Positions 7,688 to 17,151 of a DNA stretch of 64,000 nt are shown here, piece after piece. The stretch covers positions 4,005-68,004 of the forward strand of contig JACPQZ010000038.1 of assembly GCA_016190205.1 (NCBI GenBank), written 5' to 3'. The position numbers were made by a program, and so were the translations under genes. Origin of the DNA: Candidatus Omnitrophota bacterium (GTDB lineage: Bacteria > Omnitrophota > JACPQZ01). Position 1 is the stretch's first letter. Each line of letters begins with the position of its first letter. The notes below the pieces were generated by a model. It was not told the origin of the DNA. It made no database searches and saw only the letters and a list, made by a program, of their open reading frames with translations.

Positions 7688-9553
7688 TCAACCCTTTCCT
7701 CGGCCCGTAATCCATGACCACTTCATGGGATATTCGTCGGGGTCGAACATGACGAAATACAAATGCCATACGAGGATGGCAAGACAAGCCAGGATGGCCT
7801 CGTAGTAATGGACCGCCGTCACGGCGTCAAAGAACCACTTGGGAAAGACGTTTAAGGTCCAGCTTTCACGAAGCATAAGGGCCCCGGTAGCGGTCATGAT
7901 GACGGAACCCCACACGAGGGCCCAATACTCAAGTTTCTCAATGTAGCTGTACTTTGCAAAGACAGGCTTTTGCCGGCGAAATCCCAAGTTAAAGGCAAGC
8001 AGCTGAAAAGGCTGTATCCAATCCACTCGCCGCGGCCAAAGTTCATTAAGCTCACGCCGGCCGCGCCGCGTCAAGAGCATAAAGATGAGATGATAAGCCG
8101 CAAGTGCCGTGAATAGAACGGCAGCCCAGCGGTGACCCCCGCTGCGCCAATCCACCCTCCCCATGAAGGGACTCGCCCACCAGGCCTGTGGAACCTTAAG
8201 CGCGAAACCGGTATATGCGAGCACCGTAAACGATAGGATTAAGAAGAGGTGCTGTACCCTCTCATTGACCCCCATGCGCTCGGCCGCACCGGCGGCCGCA
8301 GCCGAGCGGCGGTAATGCTCGGCAAGCTTTTTCCTGTAATCCAGCACATTGTGCAAGAGCATGCCTCCAATCACAGAAAAGATGAGCGCGAGATAAAACG
8401 TCCGCACCCAGGACACCGCGCGGTGCTCAAGACCCGGCTGTGTCCCGGAGTGAATAGCGCCACGGGCCACCTGGCTGCTCACGCCCGGGTGGCAGGCGCC
8501 GCAGGTCTGAGCCAGATTCTCGGGGTGTACGGACGAACGCGGGTCGCCCGAAGAGAGGATGTCGTGCGCCCCGTGACAGGAGGCGCAGTGCGCGGCAGTG
8601 ACAGACCCTAGCTGTACCGCCAGCCCGTGAAAACTCTCCATGTAGGTCTTAACCACGTGCGATGGCATCCGGAACTTCGTCACAATGCGCTCCGCTCCGT
8701 GGCACTGGCCGCAGGTCTCCGGAATGTGCGACGGAAAAACCTTGGAGGTGGCGAGCCGCACGGCCTCGATCGTGTGCTCCCCGTGGCAATCCGTGCACAC
8801 CGGGGCTTCACGCTTTCCGGCCGCGGCCGCCCGGCCGTGCACACTGCGGGAAAAGACGCTGCGAATATTTTCGTGGCAGCGCCCGCAGGTCGAAGGGATG
8901 TTCCGCCAGTTGAGCTTCGATTCGGGGTGGGTCGCCCGGTGAAGGTCGTGCGAGCCGTGGCAATCGGTGCAAACGGCGGAAGCCGCTAGCCCCTTCTTAA
9001 GAAGCGCCAACCCGTGCACGCTTTCCGCGTAACTTGCCACAGGCGTCTCCTCGGAGAGATGAAACTTCTTCATCTCATCCACCTGCTCGTGGCACTGGGC
9101 GCAGGTCGACGGGATATTCAGCCTGTAGACTGGCGAGTCGGGATGCCGCGAGGGAACCAGGACATGGGGATCCCCGTGGCAGTCCCGGCAGGAGGCCGCC
9201 TCCGCAATGCCGGCCTTAAGCGCCCGGCCATGGTCGCTTTTCAGATACACTTCACTTTCGATCATATGGCATGTGGAACAGCTTACCGCTGGGAGGGGAA
9301 CTGCGTGCGGTACAGCCTGAATTCCGCTGTGGCAGCTCGTGCACAAGTGTCCGCCATGAACAGAACTCTGGAATTTTTCCTGCTCCACGCGGGCGGGGCC
9401 GTCCGGGACGCCGTGGCAGGCAAAACAGGTTTCGTTATCTATGCCTTCCGCCCGGGCGGACGCCCCGGGCACAGCAATGCACATGACTCCGGCCGCAAGA
9501 AAACCAAGGCGCCACGCTACAAACCGCTTGTTCCTTGATGACACTGGCTGCAC
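7688..9553 (-). CDS. Multiheme cytochrome c (11 CxxCH) fused to a C-terminal dihaem b-type cytochrome membrane domain (CbcL-like)
   Basis: Signal peptide. 11 CxxCH motifs (CFACH, CTSCH, CSTCH, CRDCH, CAQCH, CTDCH, CGRCH, CTDCH, CGQCH, CASCH, CGACH). C-terminal approximately 230 aa contain four or more TM helices with conserved His, resembling a FdnI/HydC-type cytochrome b. Confidence 0.75.
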   Translation of the reverse strand: MQPVSSRNKRFVAWRLGFLAAGVMCIAVPGASARAEGIDNETCFACHGVPDGPARVEQEKFQSSVHGGHLCTSCHSGIQAVPHAVPLPAVSCSTCHMIESEVYLKSDHGRALKAGIAEAASCRDCHGDPHVLVPSRHPDSPVYRLNIPSTCAQCHEQVDEMKKFHLSEETPVASYAESVHGLALLKKGLAASAVCTDCHGSHDLHRATHPESKLNWRNIPSTCGRCHENIRSVFSRSVHGRAAAAGKREAPVCTDCHGEHTIEAVRLATSKVFPSHIPETCGQCHGAERIVTKFRMPSHVVKTYMESFHGLAVQLGSVTAAHCASCHGAHDILSSGDPRSSVHPENLAQTCGACHPGVSSQVARGAIHSGTQPGLEHRAVSWVRTFYLALIFSVIGGMLLHNVLDYRKKLAEHYRRSAAAAGAAERMGVNERVQHLFLILSFTVLAYTGFALKVPQAWWASPFMGRVDWRSGGHRWAAVLFTALAAYHLIFMLLTRRGRRELNELWPRRVDWIQPFQLLAFNLGFRRQKPVFAKYSYIEKLEYWALVWGSVIMTATGALMLRESWTLNVFPKWFFDAVTAVHYYEAILACLAILVWHLYFVMFDPDEYPMKWSWITGRGKG

Positions 9554-11088
9554 TTAAACTCCGTGACGTCCATCCCCAAATCGACCGGGTGTCTAAAGGG
9601 CTGGGACACGAGGCTGGCCGCCGCAACTTCCTGCGGGGGCCCCTGGGCCAAAATGGTGTGGCAGGCATTGCAGTCTTTGGTAATGGTATGGCCCTCGCCT
9701 GAGCGGTGCAGGCCGTCGTGACAGCGGAAACAGCCCTCGGAATTCAAGTGCCCGATGTGATCGGGGTAGGCCCTCCAGTCGGCCTTCATCTCGGGAAAGA
9801 AATTGCGCGCGTAAATCTTCCCAAGCTCCTCGGCGGACCGGCGGATTTCCAGGGCTTTTTCGCGTGCCAGATCAGGGAAACTCCTCTCGTAATACGCGGC
9901 AAGACCCTTTTGGATTTTGCTCACAGCCTCATCCTCCGAGAGGTACGGCTCTGCTAAAATTCTAATCGCCTCGCGCTTTAAGTAGGGAAGGGTGGGGTCC
10001 AGCCGTTCTGTTTCAAAAGCCCGTTCCACGGCGCGGTCGGGGGGATGGAAATGATGGCTGGGCCTGTTGTGGCAGTCCATGCAGTCCATGCGGCGCACTT
10101 CACGGGACGCGAGCTCCCCGGCCGTCAGGGGGTTTTCCGTCGAGACGTATTCCGTGGCGTGCCCCCCGCGGTCCACGACCTTGATCCAGGGAATCTCCTC
10201 CCGGCCTTCGTCACGGGCCGCATAGTAGATTTCCTTATTGATATTCATATGCCAGTGGATGCCGGCCGGGGTTCCGCGCTCCGGATCACCGCCTCCCACC
10301 TTAATCAGCATCTGGATCTGCCAGGGAGAGTTTGTCTCATCGGCCAGGTAGTGCTGAAAAACTTTTTGTTTCGCCCCGAAAAACTTCTCCGGCCAATGGC
10401 ACTGTTCGCACGTCTCCTGGGCGGGTCTTAAGTCCTCGATGGGAGTGGGAATTGGGCGGGGGTACTTTTTGAGCGACACGGCATAGACCTGATAGGCCCC
10501 CGTGATTTTGGAGCGCACAAACCAGCTTGCGCCGGGCCCCACGTGGCACGACGCACAGGCCACGCGCGCGTGGGGGGAGTGCTGATACGCCGTAAACTCG
10601 GGCTTCATGACCTGGTGGCACACGAGCCCGCAGAATTCGACCGACTCCGTGAAGTGATACGCGCGGTAACCCGTAAGCGAGAGGAGCATCACCCCGGTCA
10701 TCGCGACGAGAAATGCGCCCAACAAAAAGGCCCTGTGAGAGGGCCGGTTGAGATCGAGGCTGGGGAGCCTCGTCTGCCCCAGCTCGGGCCTCCTCTTCCT
10801 GCGCCTGCGCTCCCAAAGGAGACCCAAGAGAATGAGGATTACCCCCGCGGTCGCCCCCATGGGGCATACGAGGTAAATGACGACGCCCAGGTAGGCGTTC
10901 GTGTGGCGGCTGAAAAAATCCGTCACCATGAGGGGAAGACCAACCGCGGTATTTAAGCAAGCGATACCTATCCCAAATAAACTTACCGGGTTACGTATGA
11001 GGCCTACGGGTCTTAAAGGACGTTTATCCACTATGAGTGGGTCCCTTTTTGTCCATACTGCGGATCTTCGCAATGAGGGCAAGGACAA
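9517..11088 (-). CDS. NapC/NirT/NrfH-family membrane-anchored multiheme cytochrome c (7 CxxCH)
   Basis: Three N-terminal TM helices followed by ESVEFCGLVCHQVMKPEF...SPHARVACASCHV, the hallmark first-heme region of NapC/CymA. Seven CxxCH motifs in total. Confidence 0.7.
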   Translation of the reverse strand: MSLPSLRRSAVWTKRDPLIVDKRPLRPVGLIRNPVSLFGIGIACLNTAVGLPLMVTDFFSRHTNAYLGVVIYLVCPMGATAGVILILLGLLWERRRRKRRPELGQTRLPSLDLNRPSHRAFLLGAFLVAMTGVMLLSLTGYRAYHFTESVEFCGLVCHQVMKPEFTAYQHSPHARVACASCHVGPGASWFVRSKITGAYQVYAVSLKKYPRPIPTPIEDLRPAQETCEQCHWPEKFFGAKQKVFQHYLADETNSPWQIQMLIKVGGGDPERGTPAGIHWHMNINKEIYYAARDEGREEIPWIKVVDRGGHATEYVSTENPLTAGELASREVRRMDCMDCHNRPSHHFHPPDRAVERAFETERLDPTLPYLKREAIRILAEPYLSEDEAVSKIQKGLAAYYERSFPDLAREKALEIRRSAEELGKIYARNFFPEMKADWRAYPDHIGHLNSEGCFRCHDGLHRSGEGHTITKDCNACHTILAQGPPQEVAAASLVSQPFRHPVDLGMDVTEFKCSQCHQGTSGL

Positions 11089-12373
11089 AGATTCCCAGGA
11101 GGGCCACGGTAACCCAGAGACCCTTGCGGCGGAAGTAGACCTCTTCGACCGCCTTTTCTCCCGCCTTCCGGGCCTCGTCTGCGTGGGCCAGGCCCTCGCC
11201 GGCCACCGATTTCACTTTCTCGATCGAAAAGGAATGCACATAGGCCCGGGTCTGCGTGAGCCGTGAAGAAGCCTCATGGAGCGTATACTCGGCGTCCTCC
11301 ATGTCCATGCCAAAATGATGGGCGCGCTGGATACTTTCCTCGGCCCCCTGGATGCGGGCCTTCAAATCCTCAACTGCCGCGCGCATCGCCTGCGCCGTTT
11401 CAAATCCTTTTGAGCCCGGCTCATGACAGCGCGCGCAGAAAGACTCCGGCCCCGTGCCCAGCATCTCATCGGAGGTCTTTTGAATGGCGTGGTTTCCGTG
11501 GCACACCTCGCATTCCGGAAGCCCCAGGGCCTCGTGGACCATCTTGTGCGGGCTGGCCGCGAAAAGGTCGCGCGAGAGGCTGTGGCACTGGGCGCAGACA
11601 TTCCCTACCGCAATCGCCCCTGGCTTGGAGGCCTCGTGAGAACCGTGGCAGCTCGCGCAATGCGGCGCCCCCCGGTCACCGGCCACAAGAAGAGCCTGTC
11701 CATGCACGCTGTGGGCGTAGTCCCAGTGCTGGTTCACGGGCAGCCCGTGACGCTTCATGAGATCCGCATCCGTGTGGCAGACGGCGCAGGTCCCGGGGAT
11801 ATTCGTGGCGTAAACGGGAGAGAGCGGGTCCTTGGCTGAACGGATGCCGTGCACTCCATGACAGCTCGTGCAGACCGCTACATCTTCATCCCCGGCGGCG
11901 TTTGCCTTGCCGTGCTGGCTCGTCAGATACTTCGCATACTGATCGGTGGGAAGATTAGGATTAAAGCGCCGCATAAAGGCGGGATCCGCGTGACAGCGCG
12001 CGCAGAAGCCGGGGATATCCTGGCGGGCGGGACGGCCCACGAATCCCTTTTCAAGGGCCATAGAAAGAGTCGGATCCTGTGCAGCAGGGTCACCCCCATG
12101 GCAGTCGGCGCAGGTTAAGCCCCGCTTAGAATGCACATCAACTTGAAAAAGAGCGGCGGGGCCGCGGGTTTGGCCCTCCAGCATCTCGTGGCATTCGGCG
12201 CACGTGTTTAAAGGCGCGGCCCAGGCTGACACCGCCGGCCACATGGCGAGGCTTAAGCCTGCAAGAGAAAAAATAAGACGCCGTATCAATGCCGAGCTAT
12301 GAACCATTTGGCGTATACCGTCATCCCTATCATGTAGAAAACTGTCAGAAACCCCGCGAGCCAGGCGAGCCAA
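11024..12373 (-). CDS. Nonaheme cytochrome c with a C-terminal TM anchor
   Basis: Signal peptide. Nine CxxCH motifs (CAECH, CADCH, CARCH, CTSCH, CAVCH, CASCH, CAQCH, CEVCH, CARCH). C-terminal hydrophobic helix GLWVTVALLGIFVLALIA. Confidence 0.75.
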   Translation of the reverse strand: MARLARGVSDSFLHDRDDGIRQMVHSSALIRRLIFSLAGLSLAMWPAVSAWAAPLNTCAECHEMLEGQTRGPAALFQVDVHSKRGLTCADCHGGDPAAQDPTLSMALEKGFVGRPARQDIPGFCARCHADPAFMRRFNPNLPTDQYAKYLTSQHGKANAAGDEDVAVCTSCHGVHGIRSAKDPLSPVYATNIPGTCAVCHTDADLMKRHGLPVNQHWDYAHSVHGQALLVAGDRGAPHCASCHGSHEASKPGAIAVGNVCAQCHSLSRDLFAASPHKMVHEALGLPECEVCHGNHAIQKTSDEMLGTGPESFCARCHEPGSKGFETAQAMRAAVEDLKARIQGAEESIQRAHHFGMDMEDAEYTLHEASSRLTQTRAYVHSFSIEKVKSVAGEGLAHADEARKAGEKAVEEVYFRRKGLWVTVALLGIFVLALIAKIRSMDKKGPTHSG

Positions 12374-13416
12374 TGCGCTTGGCCCCGGGCCGCCGGCCGG
12401 TCGAGCCAGGGGACTAAGATCAAGACCAGCCCCGCAAGACCCATGGCGACAATCGCCACAAGCTCCCCCTCAAGCCCCAGGATGTGCCCCGGGAAAAACT
12501 TGAGCGTCTGAAACATCCACAAAAAGTACCACTCCGGCTCGATTCCGGCCGGTGTCGGGGCAAAGGGATCCGCCTTCTCGCCCACCGTGGCCGGATAATA
12601 GGCGCTCAAGGCAAGCACTATCCCGAGCATGACCGACCAGGCGGCCAGATCCCGCAGGAGAAAATTTGGGATAAAGGGCATGGCGCGCTCCGACCGCACG
12701 GATAAAGGCCGGCTCATCCCCTGAAGCTGAACCATCATAAGATGCGCGCCCAATAGGAAGAAAAGGCAGACGGGGAGCGCCGCGATATGGAACCAAAAGA
12801 AGCGGGAAAGTGTCGCGTCCCCCACATCCGCCCCGCCGCGCAGGAAAGTGCTCAACACCTTTCCGATCACAGGGACGCTTGAGGCGATCTCCGTCCCCAC
12901 TTTTGTGGCGAAAAAGGAGAGCGTGTTCCAGGGAAGGAGGTACCCGGTGAAACCAAAGCCCATAAGGAGAAAAAAAAGGAGACAGCCCGTGACCCAGGTG
13001 AGCTCCCGGGGCGGCCGGTAGGCCTTCAGGAAAAACGCGCTCGCCATGTGGATGAAGGCCGAGAGGATAGCCATGTTCGCCGCCCAGGCGTGCACCGAAC
13101 GCACGAGCCACCCAAACTCGACCTTCGTCATGATAAGGCGCACCGACTCGTGCGCCTCGCCCACAGAGGGCCTGTAGTACAAAAGGAGGAGGAGCCCGCT
13201 CAAGATCTGCACCGCGACCAAGACAAGCGTCGTTCCGCCCAGATAGTACCAAAGAGAGTGGCCGTGGACCGGCACAGTCTTGTGCGTGACAAGCTCGCCC
13301 AAGCCCCCCAAGTTGTAGCGGGCTTGAAAAAAAGACTTGAGCCTCTCGCGGGCGCCCATGGGTGAACCCATCGCGTTATCCGGTCTTGGTGACCACGACG
13401 TCTTCCCCGCGCACAT
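12286..13416 (-). CDS. Cytochrome b of a bc1/b6f-type complex (cyt b fused to a subunit-IV-like region)
   Basis: 376 aa. HSLWYYLGG...QILSGLLLLLYY...VRSVHAWAANM...HMASAFFLKAYRPP are conserved cyt b/b6 haem-ligand helices. Confidence 0.85.
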   Translation of the reverse strand: MCAGKTSWSPRPDNAMGSPMGARERLKSFFQARYNLGGLGELVTHKTVPVHGHSLWYYLGGTTLVLVAVQILSGLLLLLYYRPSVGEAHESVRLIMTKVEFGWLVRSVHAWAANMAILSAFIHMASAFFLKAYRPPRELTWVTGCLLFFLLMGFGFTGYLLPWNTLSFFATKVGTEIASSVPVIGKVLSTFLRGGADVGDATLSRFFWFHIAALPVCLFFLLGAHLMMVQLQGMSRPLSVRSERAMPFIPNFLLRDLAAWSVMLGIVLALSAYYPATVGEKADPFAPTPAGIEPEWYFLWMFQTLKFFPGHILGLEGELVAIVAMGLAGLVLILVPWLDRPAARGQAHWLAWLAGFLTVFYMIGMTVYAKWFIARH

Positions 13417-13837
13417 TCACCTCGTAGTTTTCCAGGGGACGCGGGGGCGGGCCGGAAATGACTTGTCCTTTGAGATCGAATCTCCCGTTGTGGCAGGCGC
13501 ACCAGATGGAGCGGGAGGCATCGTCGTACTGAACCGTGCAGTTTAAGTGGGTACAGACGGCGGAGTAAGCTTTGAGTTCCCCCTCAAGGGTGTGCACCAA
13601 AAGCCCCGGCCGGTTCCCGAAGCGGAAGATCTTGGCCGAATTGGGTTTTAAGTCGCCTATCTTGGCCGCGACGACGCTGGATTGTGCGGCCTCAACGCCT
13701 GGAGGGGGCTTGAGATAACGCAGGATGGGATAGAAGGCGGCGGCCAGAATGGCAAGGAGCGAGCCGTTTAAGGCGGATTGACAGAAAGACCTTCGTGTGA
13801 TGAAAAACCCGCGTGCTCCCGGGCGATCTGCCCTCAT
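13376..13837 (-). CDS. Rieske [2Fe-2S] iron-sulfur protein, TAT-exported
   Basis: RRSFCQSAL twin-arginine signal. Rieske boxes CTHLNC and CACHNGRF. Confidence 0.85.
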   Translation of the reverse strand: MRADRPGARGFFITRRSFCQSALNGSLLAILAAAFYPILRYLKPPPGVEAAQSSVVAAKIGDLKPNSAKIFRFGNRPGLLVHTLEGELKAYSAVCTHLNCTVQYDDASRSIWCACHNGRFDLKGQVISGPPPRPLENYEVNVRGEDVVVTKTG

Positions 13838-13865
13838 GTGACTTTACCCCCACCCAGAGATCGTA

Positions 13866-15923
13866 TCAGAAGGTCTTGGAGACCGCAAGTGAGACGAGAT
13901 GCGCCTTGTACTTTCCTATTTCAGCCTGCGAGCCGGGCTGGTAGTGGTAATACCCGTACTCGGCCCTGACCGAGGTGTCTTGAGCAAGCTCACAGCGGAG
14001 GCCGCAGGTGAGATCAATTTGACCAAAGTCCGCACCCAGCGGAAGCCCGGTCGACGTAAAATCGTTGAAATTGTCGGCCTCGGAATACTGCGCAGAGGCG
14101 TCGAGCGTAAGATTGGGTCTCATCATATAATCGGCCCCGACAAGCCAGGTATTGACGTCCGCGTTAAACACCGGGACCTGCCCGCTTGCGGCAAGCCTCG
14201 CCGGGGTCACGGTGGCCGCCGTCTGATGCGAGAATGAGCCCATCAGCATGAGCTCCCTAAGCACGTGGATGGTCAGGTCATAAGTATAGGTGTGTGAGGT
14301 AAACTCGCTTTTCCTCCTGGGCTCGCTTTCCGCGCGTGTCAGGTAATCTTTGTCCTGAAGCTGATAACGAAATGAGGTGCGGACCTTGCGGACGGGACGA
14401 AGGCTCACGCGCGCCATGATCTCATCCGTATCGATACTCATCCCGTCCATAAAGGCTGAACGGGCCGCGGTCGAACCGGGATCGGTCTCAAAGAGATCGT
14501 CATAGTCCTGGTTGTCCCGGCGGTGCCGGTAGTGGGTGGTGAGATCGACATAATGCACCGGGGTCACCCTGCCTCCCACGGTCACAGTCCCCCGATCGGC
14601 ATCCGTAATCGTGTCGCGCTCGAAGCTGACAGCGCCGGTGGCGTAGCTCACAGACTGCTCTTCCAGCTTGATCCTGGACTGCTCAAGCTCTAGTTCCGAG
14701 TAGAGCGCCGTATAGGGGATCCCGGTGTAATGGATGTTGAGCCCCTCCCCCCACCTCACGGCTGTCGAGTCATTGGTGCTGATTTCGGCCTCTTCAACAA
14801 ATCCGTCAGGCGTGCTGCCGCCCGAACTATTGGGATTACTATCCTCCGGATACCTGGAATTGCTGTCCCGGCTCACCAGTTCTGACTTAAGTTTAAGTCC
14901 CACTGCCACGTCCTCCCACTCATAGAGCACGGCATTTCCCACCCACGTATGGGTAAAATAATCATTATCAGCGGTGGCATCCCGCTTTTGCTTGGGGTTA
15001 CTGAAATTGGTGATCACCCCGTTCTCATTCGTTTCAAAGATGTCTTCCAGTTCCGTAAAATTGAGATACGCGAACTGGTAACCCCCCGACGTAAAGAGTT
15101 TCCGGTCCCAAAACCACCTTTCTGCACCTAAGAAAGTTGTGTACAAATCGCTCTCCGGGCTTTGGAGTTGCCGCCGGATCTTTTTGTCGGAAGCTGTCGT
15201 GGTCGTGGAGAGGCTCTTTTCTACGCGGGTCGATTCGGTCCGGACGAATTCCACGTGCTGTTTCCCCGTGAGCCGCGCGCCGCGAAAGTCATCTGCGACT
15301 TCGAGCTCCAGCATATCCACCCGCTCATCAAAGTCCTGCCACGAGGGCCCGATAAAACGCGTGGTGCTCCCTTCCTTCACTCCCGCCCAGGTCAAACGGG
15401 ATTTCGCCCCATCCTTAAACTCACGCTCATACGTAAAGGTGATTTCCGGCACGTCTTCCTTGCGGAGCCCGGTCTTAAAACCGAAGTGGCCGATCTCAAG
15501 TTCAAGATCTTTATCCGCATCCTGGCCGGACAAGGTGCCGAAGCGGTAGTACACGCCTCCGGTATTGTCAAAGTACTTGCTGAACTCATTGTAGTCAAAC
15601 GTTAGAAAACCCAGACCTTCTTTTTTTAGCGTAATCTCCCCTCCCAGATCGTTCTGATCTATGAGGGCATGCGCCTCGGAGGAGAGCTGGGTGCCATCCG
15701 CGAGTCCATAATTAAACTCGAAGTCCTCCACGCCAAACACGTAACGATCGCGCATCCACTGGTGTTCCCGAAACTTAGGCCTGTCTCCATCCACAGAGAT
15801 ATATCGCAGCGGGAGAACAGAAATCCCAACCTCGGGATCCCCGGCCTGCGCCGGGCCGCCCCATGAGAGCAGAACCCACATCGCTCCGGCCGATAATAAC
15901 CCGATGATCTTGGCGCGCATCAT
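13866..15923 (-). CDS. Outer-membrane beta-barrel protein (685 aa); candidate porin of a porin-cytochrome conduit
   Basis: N-terminal signal peptide. C-terminal ...LAVSKTF with an aromatic last residue. Amphipathic alternating pattern throughout. Size is comparable to MtrB/PioB-class porins. It lies between two multiheme cytochrome genes. Confidence 0.5.
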   Translation of the reverse strand: MMRAKIIGLLSAGAMWVLLSWGGPAQAGDPEVGISVLPLRYISVDGDRPKFREHQWMRDRYVFGVEDFEFNYGLADGTQLSSEAHALIDQNDLGGEITLKKEGLGFLTFDYNEFSKYFDNTGGVYYRFGTLSGQDADKDLELEIGHFGFKTGLRKEDVPEITFTYEREFKDGAKSRLTWAGVKEGSTTRFIGPSWQDFDERVDMLELEVADDFRGARLTGKQHVEFVRTESTRVEKSLSTTTTASDKKIRRQLQSPESDLYTTFLGAERWFWDRKLFTSGGYQFAYLNFTELEDIFETNENGVITNFSNPKQKRDATADNDYFTHTWVGNAVLYEWEDVAVGLKLKSELVSRDSNSRYPEDSNPNSSGGSTPDGFVEEAEISTNDSTAVRWGEGLNIHYTGIPYTALYSELELEQSRIKLEEQSVSYATGAVSFERDTITDADRGTVTVGGRVTPVHYVDLTTHYRHRRDNQDYDDLFETDPGSTAARSAFMDGMSIDTDEIMARVSLRPVRKVRTSFRYQLQDKDYLTRAESEPRRKSEFTSHTYTYDLTIHVLRELMLMGSFSHQTAATVTPARLAASGQVPVFNADVNTWLVGADYMMRPNLTLDASAQYSEADNFNDFTSTGLPLGADFGQIDLTCGLRCELAQDTSVRAEYGYYHYQPGSQAEIGKYKAHLVSLAVSKTF

Positions 15924-15937
15924 GCCCCCCTTAGCTT

Positions 15938-16714
15938 TTAATAGCGCAAATGGTCATCAAAATTCGAGCCGTGCGGTGCCGTGTGGCACCCGGCGCTAAA
16001 ACATGTCCCTTGCGCAAGATTGGCCGTATGGCTTCTCTTGCCAATGGTCGGAAAATTAACCTGGGTATGGCACCGCAGACACAGGGTGCTGTCACGCGCG
16101 ATCAGCATCTTCGCATGCATGGAACCATGCACCTTGTGGCAGGTCGTGCAGCCCTCGCGCAGGGCCTCATGCTCCCACACGAAGGGCCCCCTCTGCTCCT
16201 TATGGCATTTGTAGCAGGCCTCGTTGATGTCCTGAAGGGTCGTGGCTGACCAGGGCCTGACCTCGGTCCCGTGGGGGCTGTGGCAGTCGGCACAGCTCAT
16301 CTTGCCCTCTAAGACAGGGTGATGAAAGGAAAGCTTAAATTCCATTTTCTTGTCCAGGTGACATTCAAAACAGGTGCTGGGGTCCTTCCGGGGATTTACA
16401 ATCCCTCCCACACCCTTCCCGCCCCCCGCCGCCACGTGGAGGCTCCCCGGGCCATGGCACATCTCGCAACCCTGCCGTTCAAGACCCTCTCCCTTCACAT
16501 TGATACGCGCATGGGTGGAAAGCTTAAATTCCTGGTGCTCCTTGTCGTGACACATGGCACACGTCTCGGTACCAACGAATGTCGCTTCTTCGGACTCCTC
16601 TCCTTGAGGCTCACCCTCATCGGCCCACACCGATGTGGCACCCAATAGACACACGGCAACGAAAGCAATCCCCCATCCCGCCTGTTTCATCAAACCTCTT
16701 CGTGAGCCGCGCAT
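15938..16714 (-). CDS. Periplasmic multiheme cytochrome c (7 canonical CxxCH plus one CX4CH)
   Basis: Signal peptide. CAMCH, CEMCH, CFECH, CADCH, CYKCH, CTTCH, CLRCH and a non-canonical CFSAGCH. Confidence 0.75.
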   Translation of the reverse strand: MRGSRRGLMKQAGWGIAFVAVCLLGATSVWADEGEPQGEESEEATFVGTETCAMCHDKEHQEFKLSTHARINVKGEGLERQGCEMCHGPGSLHVAAGGGKGVGGIVNPRKDPSTCFECHLDKKMEFKLSFHHPVLEGKMSCADCHSPHGTEVRPWSATTLQDINEACYKCHKEQRGPFVWEHEALREGCTTCHKVHGSMHAKMLIARDSTLCLRCHTQVNFPTIGKRSHTANLAQGTCFSAGCHTAPHGSNFDDHLRY

Positions 16715-16731
16715 ATTTGTGCCTCCTTGGG

Positions 16732-17151
16732 CTATTCAGATTGTGCGGGAGTGCCCGCCGTATCCGTGCCCGCCGCACCACCCGCAGCCGGAGGGGTCAC
16801 CCCCTCGGGATGCGACGCGGGATCCGCAAGATCGGTGCCCTGTTCCCATTCCATAAGATTGGCGGCTCCGTCCTGGTCGGCATCTTCCTGATCCAGGAGG
16901 TGGAAGTCCGCCTCCGCCAGGATCTTGGCCGCCCCTCCGGGCTTCGTGGCCTTGAGACTCAACCCATAGACATTGAGGTCATCCGCCTTTCCCATGGCCC
17001 CCTGGTGGCAGACCTTGCAGGAATAGGCCTTCGCGTCCTTCCCCGGATAGGCTTTTTTGAAGGTCATCAGGTTCTGAACCGTCGCCTCTGCGCCCGGGCA
17101 AACGGAAAAAAGAATAAAACTTGAGACGATTAAGAGACCTGCACGGGACAT
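16732..17151 (-). CDS. Monoheme cytochrome c with an acidic Pro/Ala/Gly-rich C-terminal tail
   Basis: Likely start is MSRAGLLIVSS (signal peptide). A single CKVCH motif. Low-complexity tail PAAGGAAGTDTAGTPAQSE. The start overlaps the end of hemA. Confidence 0.5.
   Translation of the reverse strand: MSRAGLLIVSSFILFSVCPGAEATVQNLMTFKKAYPGKDAKAYSCKVCHQGAMGKADDLNVYGLSLKATKPGGAAKILAEADFHLLDQEDADQDGAANLMEWEQGTDLADPASHPEGVTPPAAGGAAGTDTAGTPAQSE

Noticed and set aside
12470-13252. 260-aa minus-strand alternative-frame ORF within the cytochrome b gene
   Set aside because: It is an out-of-frame overlap of a strongly supported cyt b; the composition is Gly/Arg/Pro-rich.
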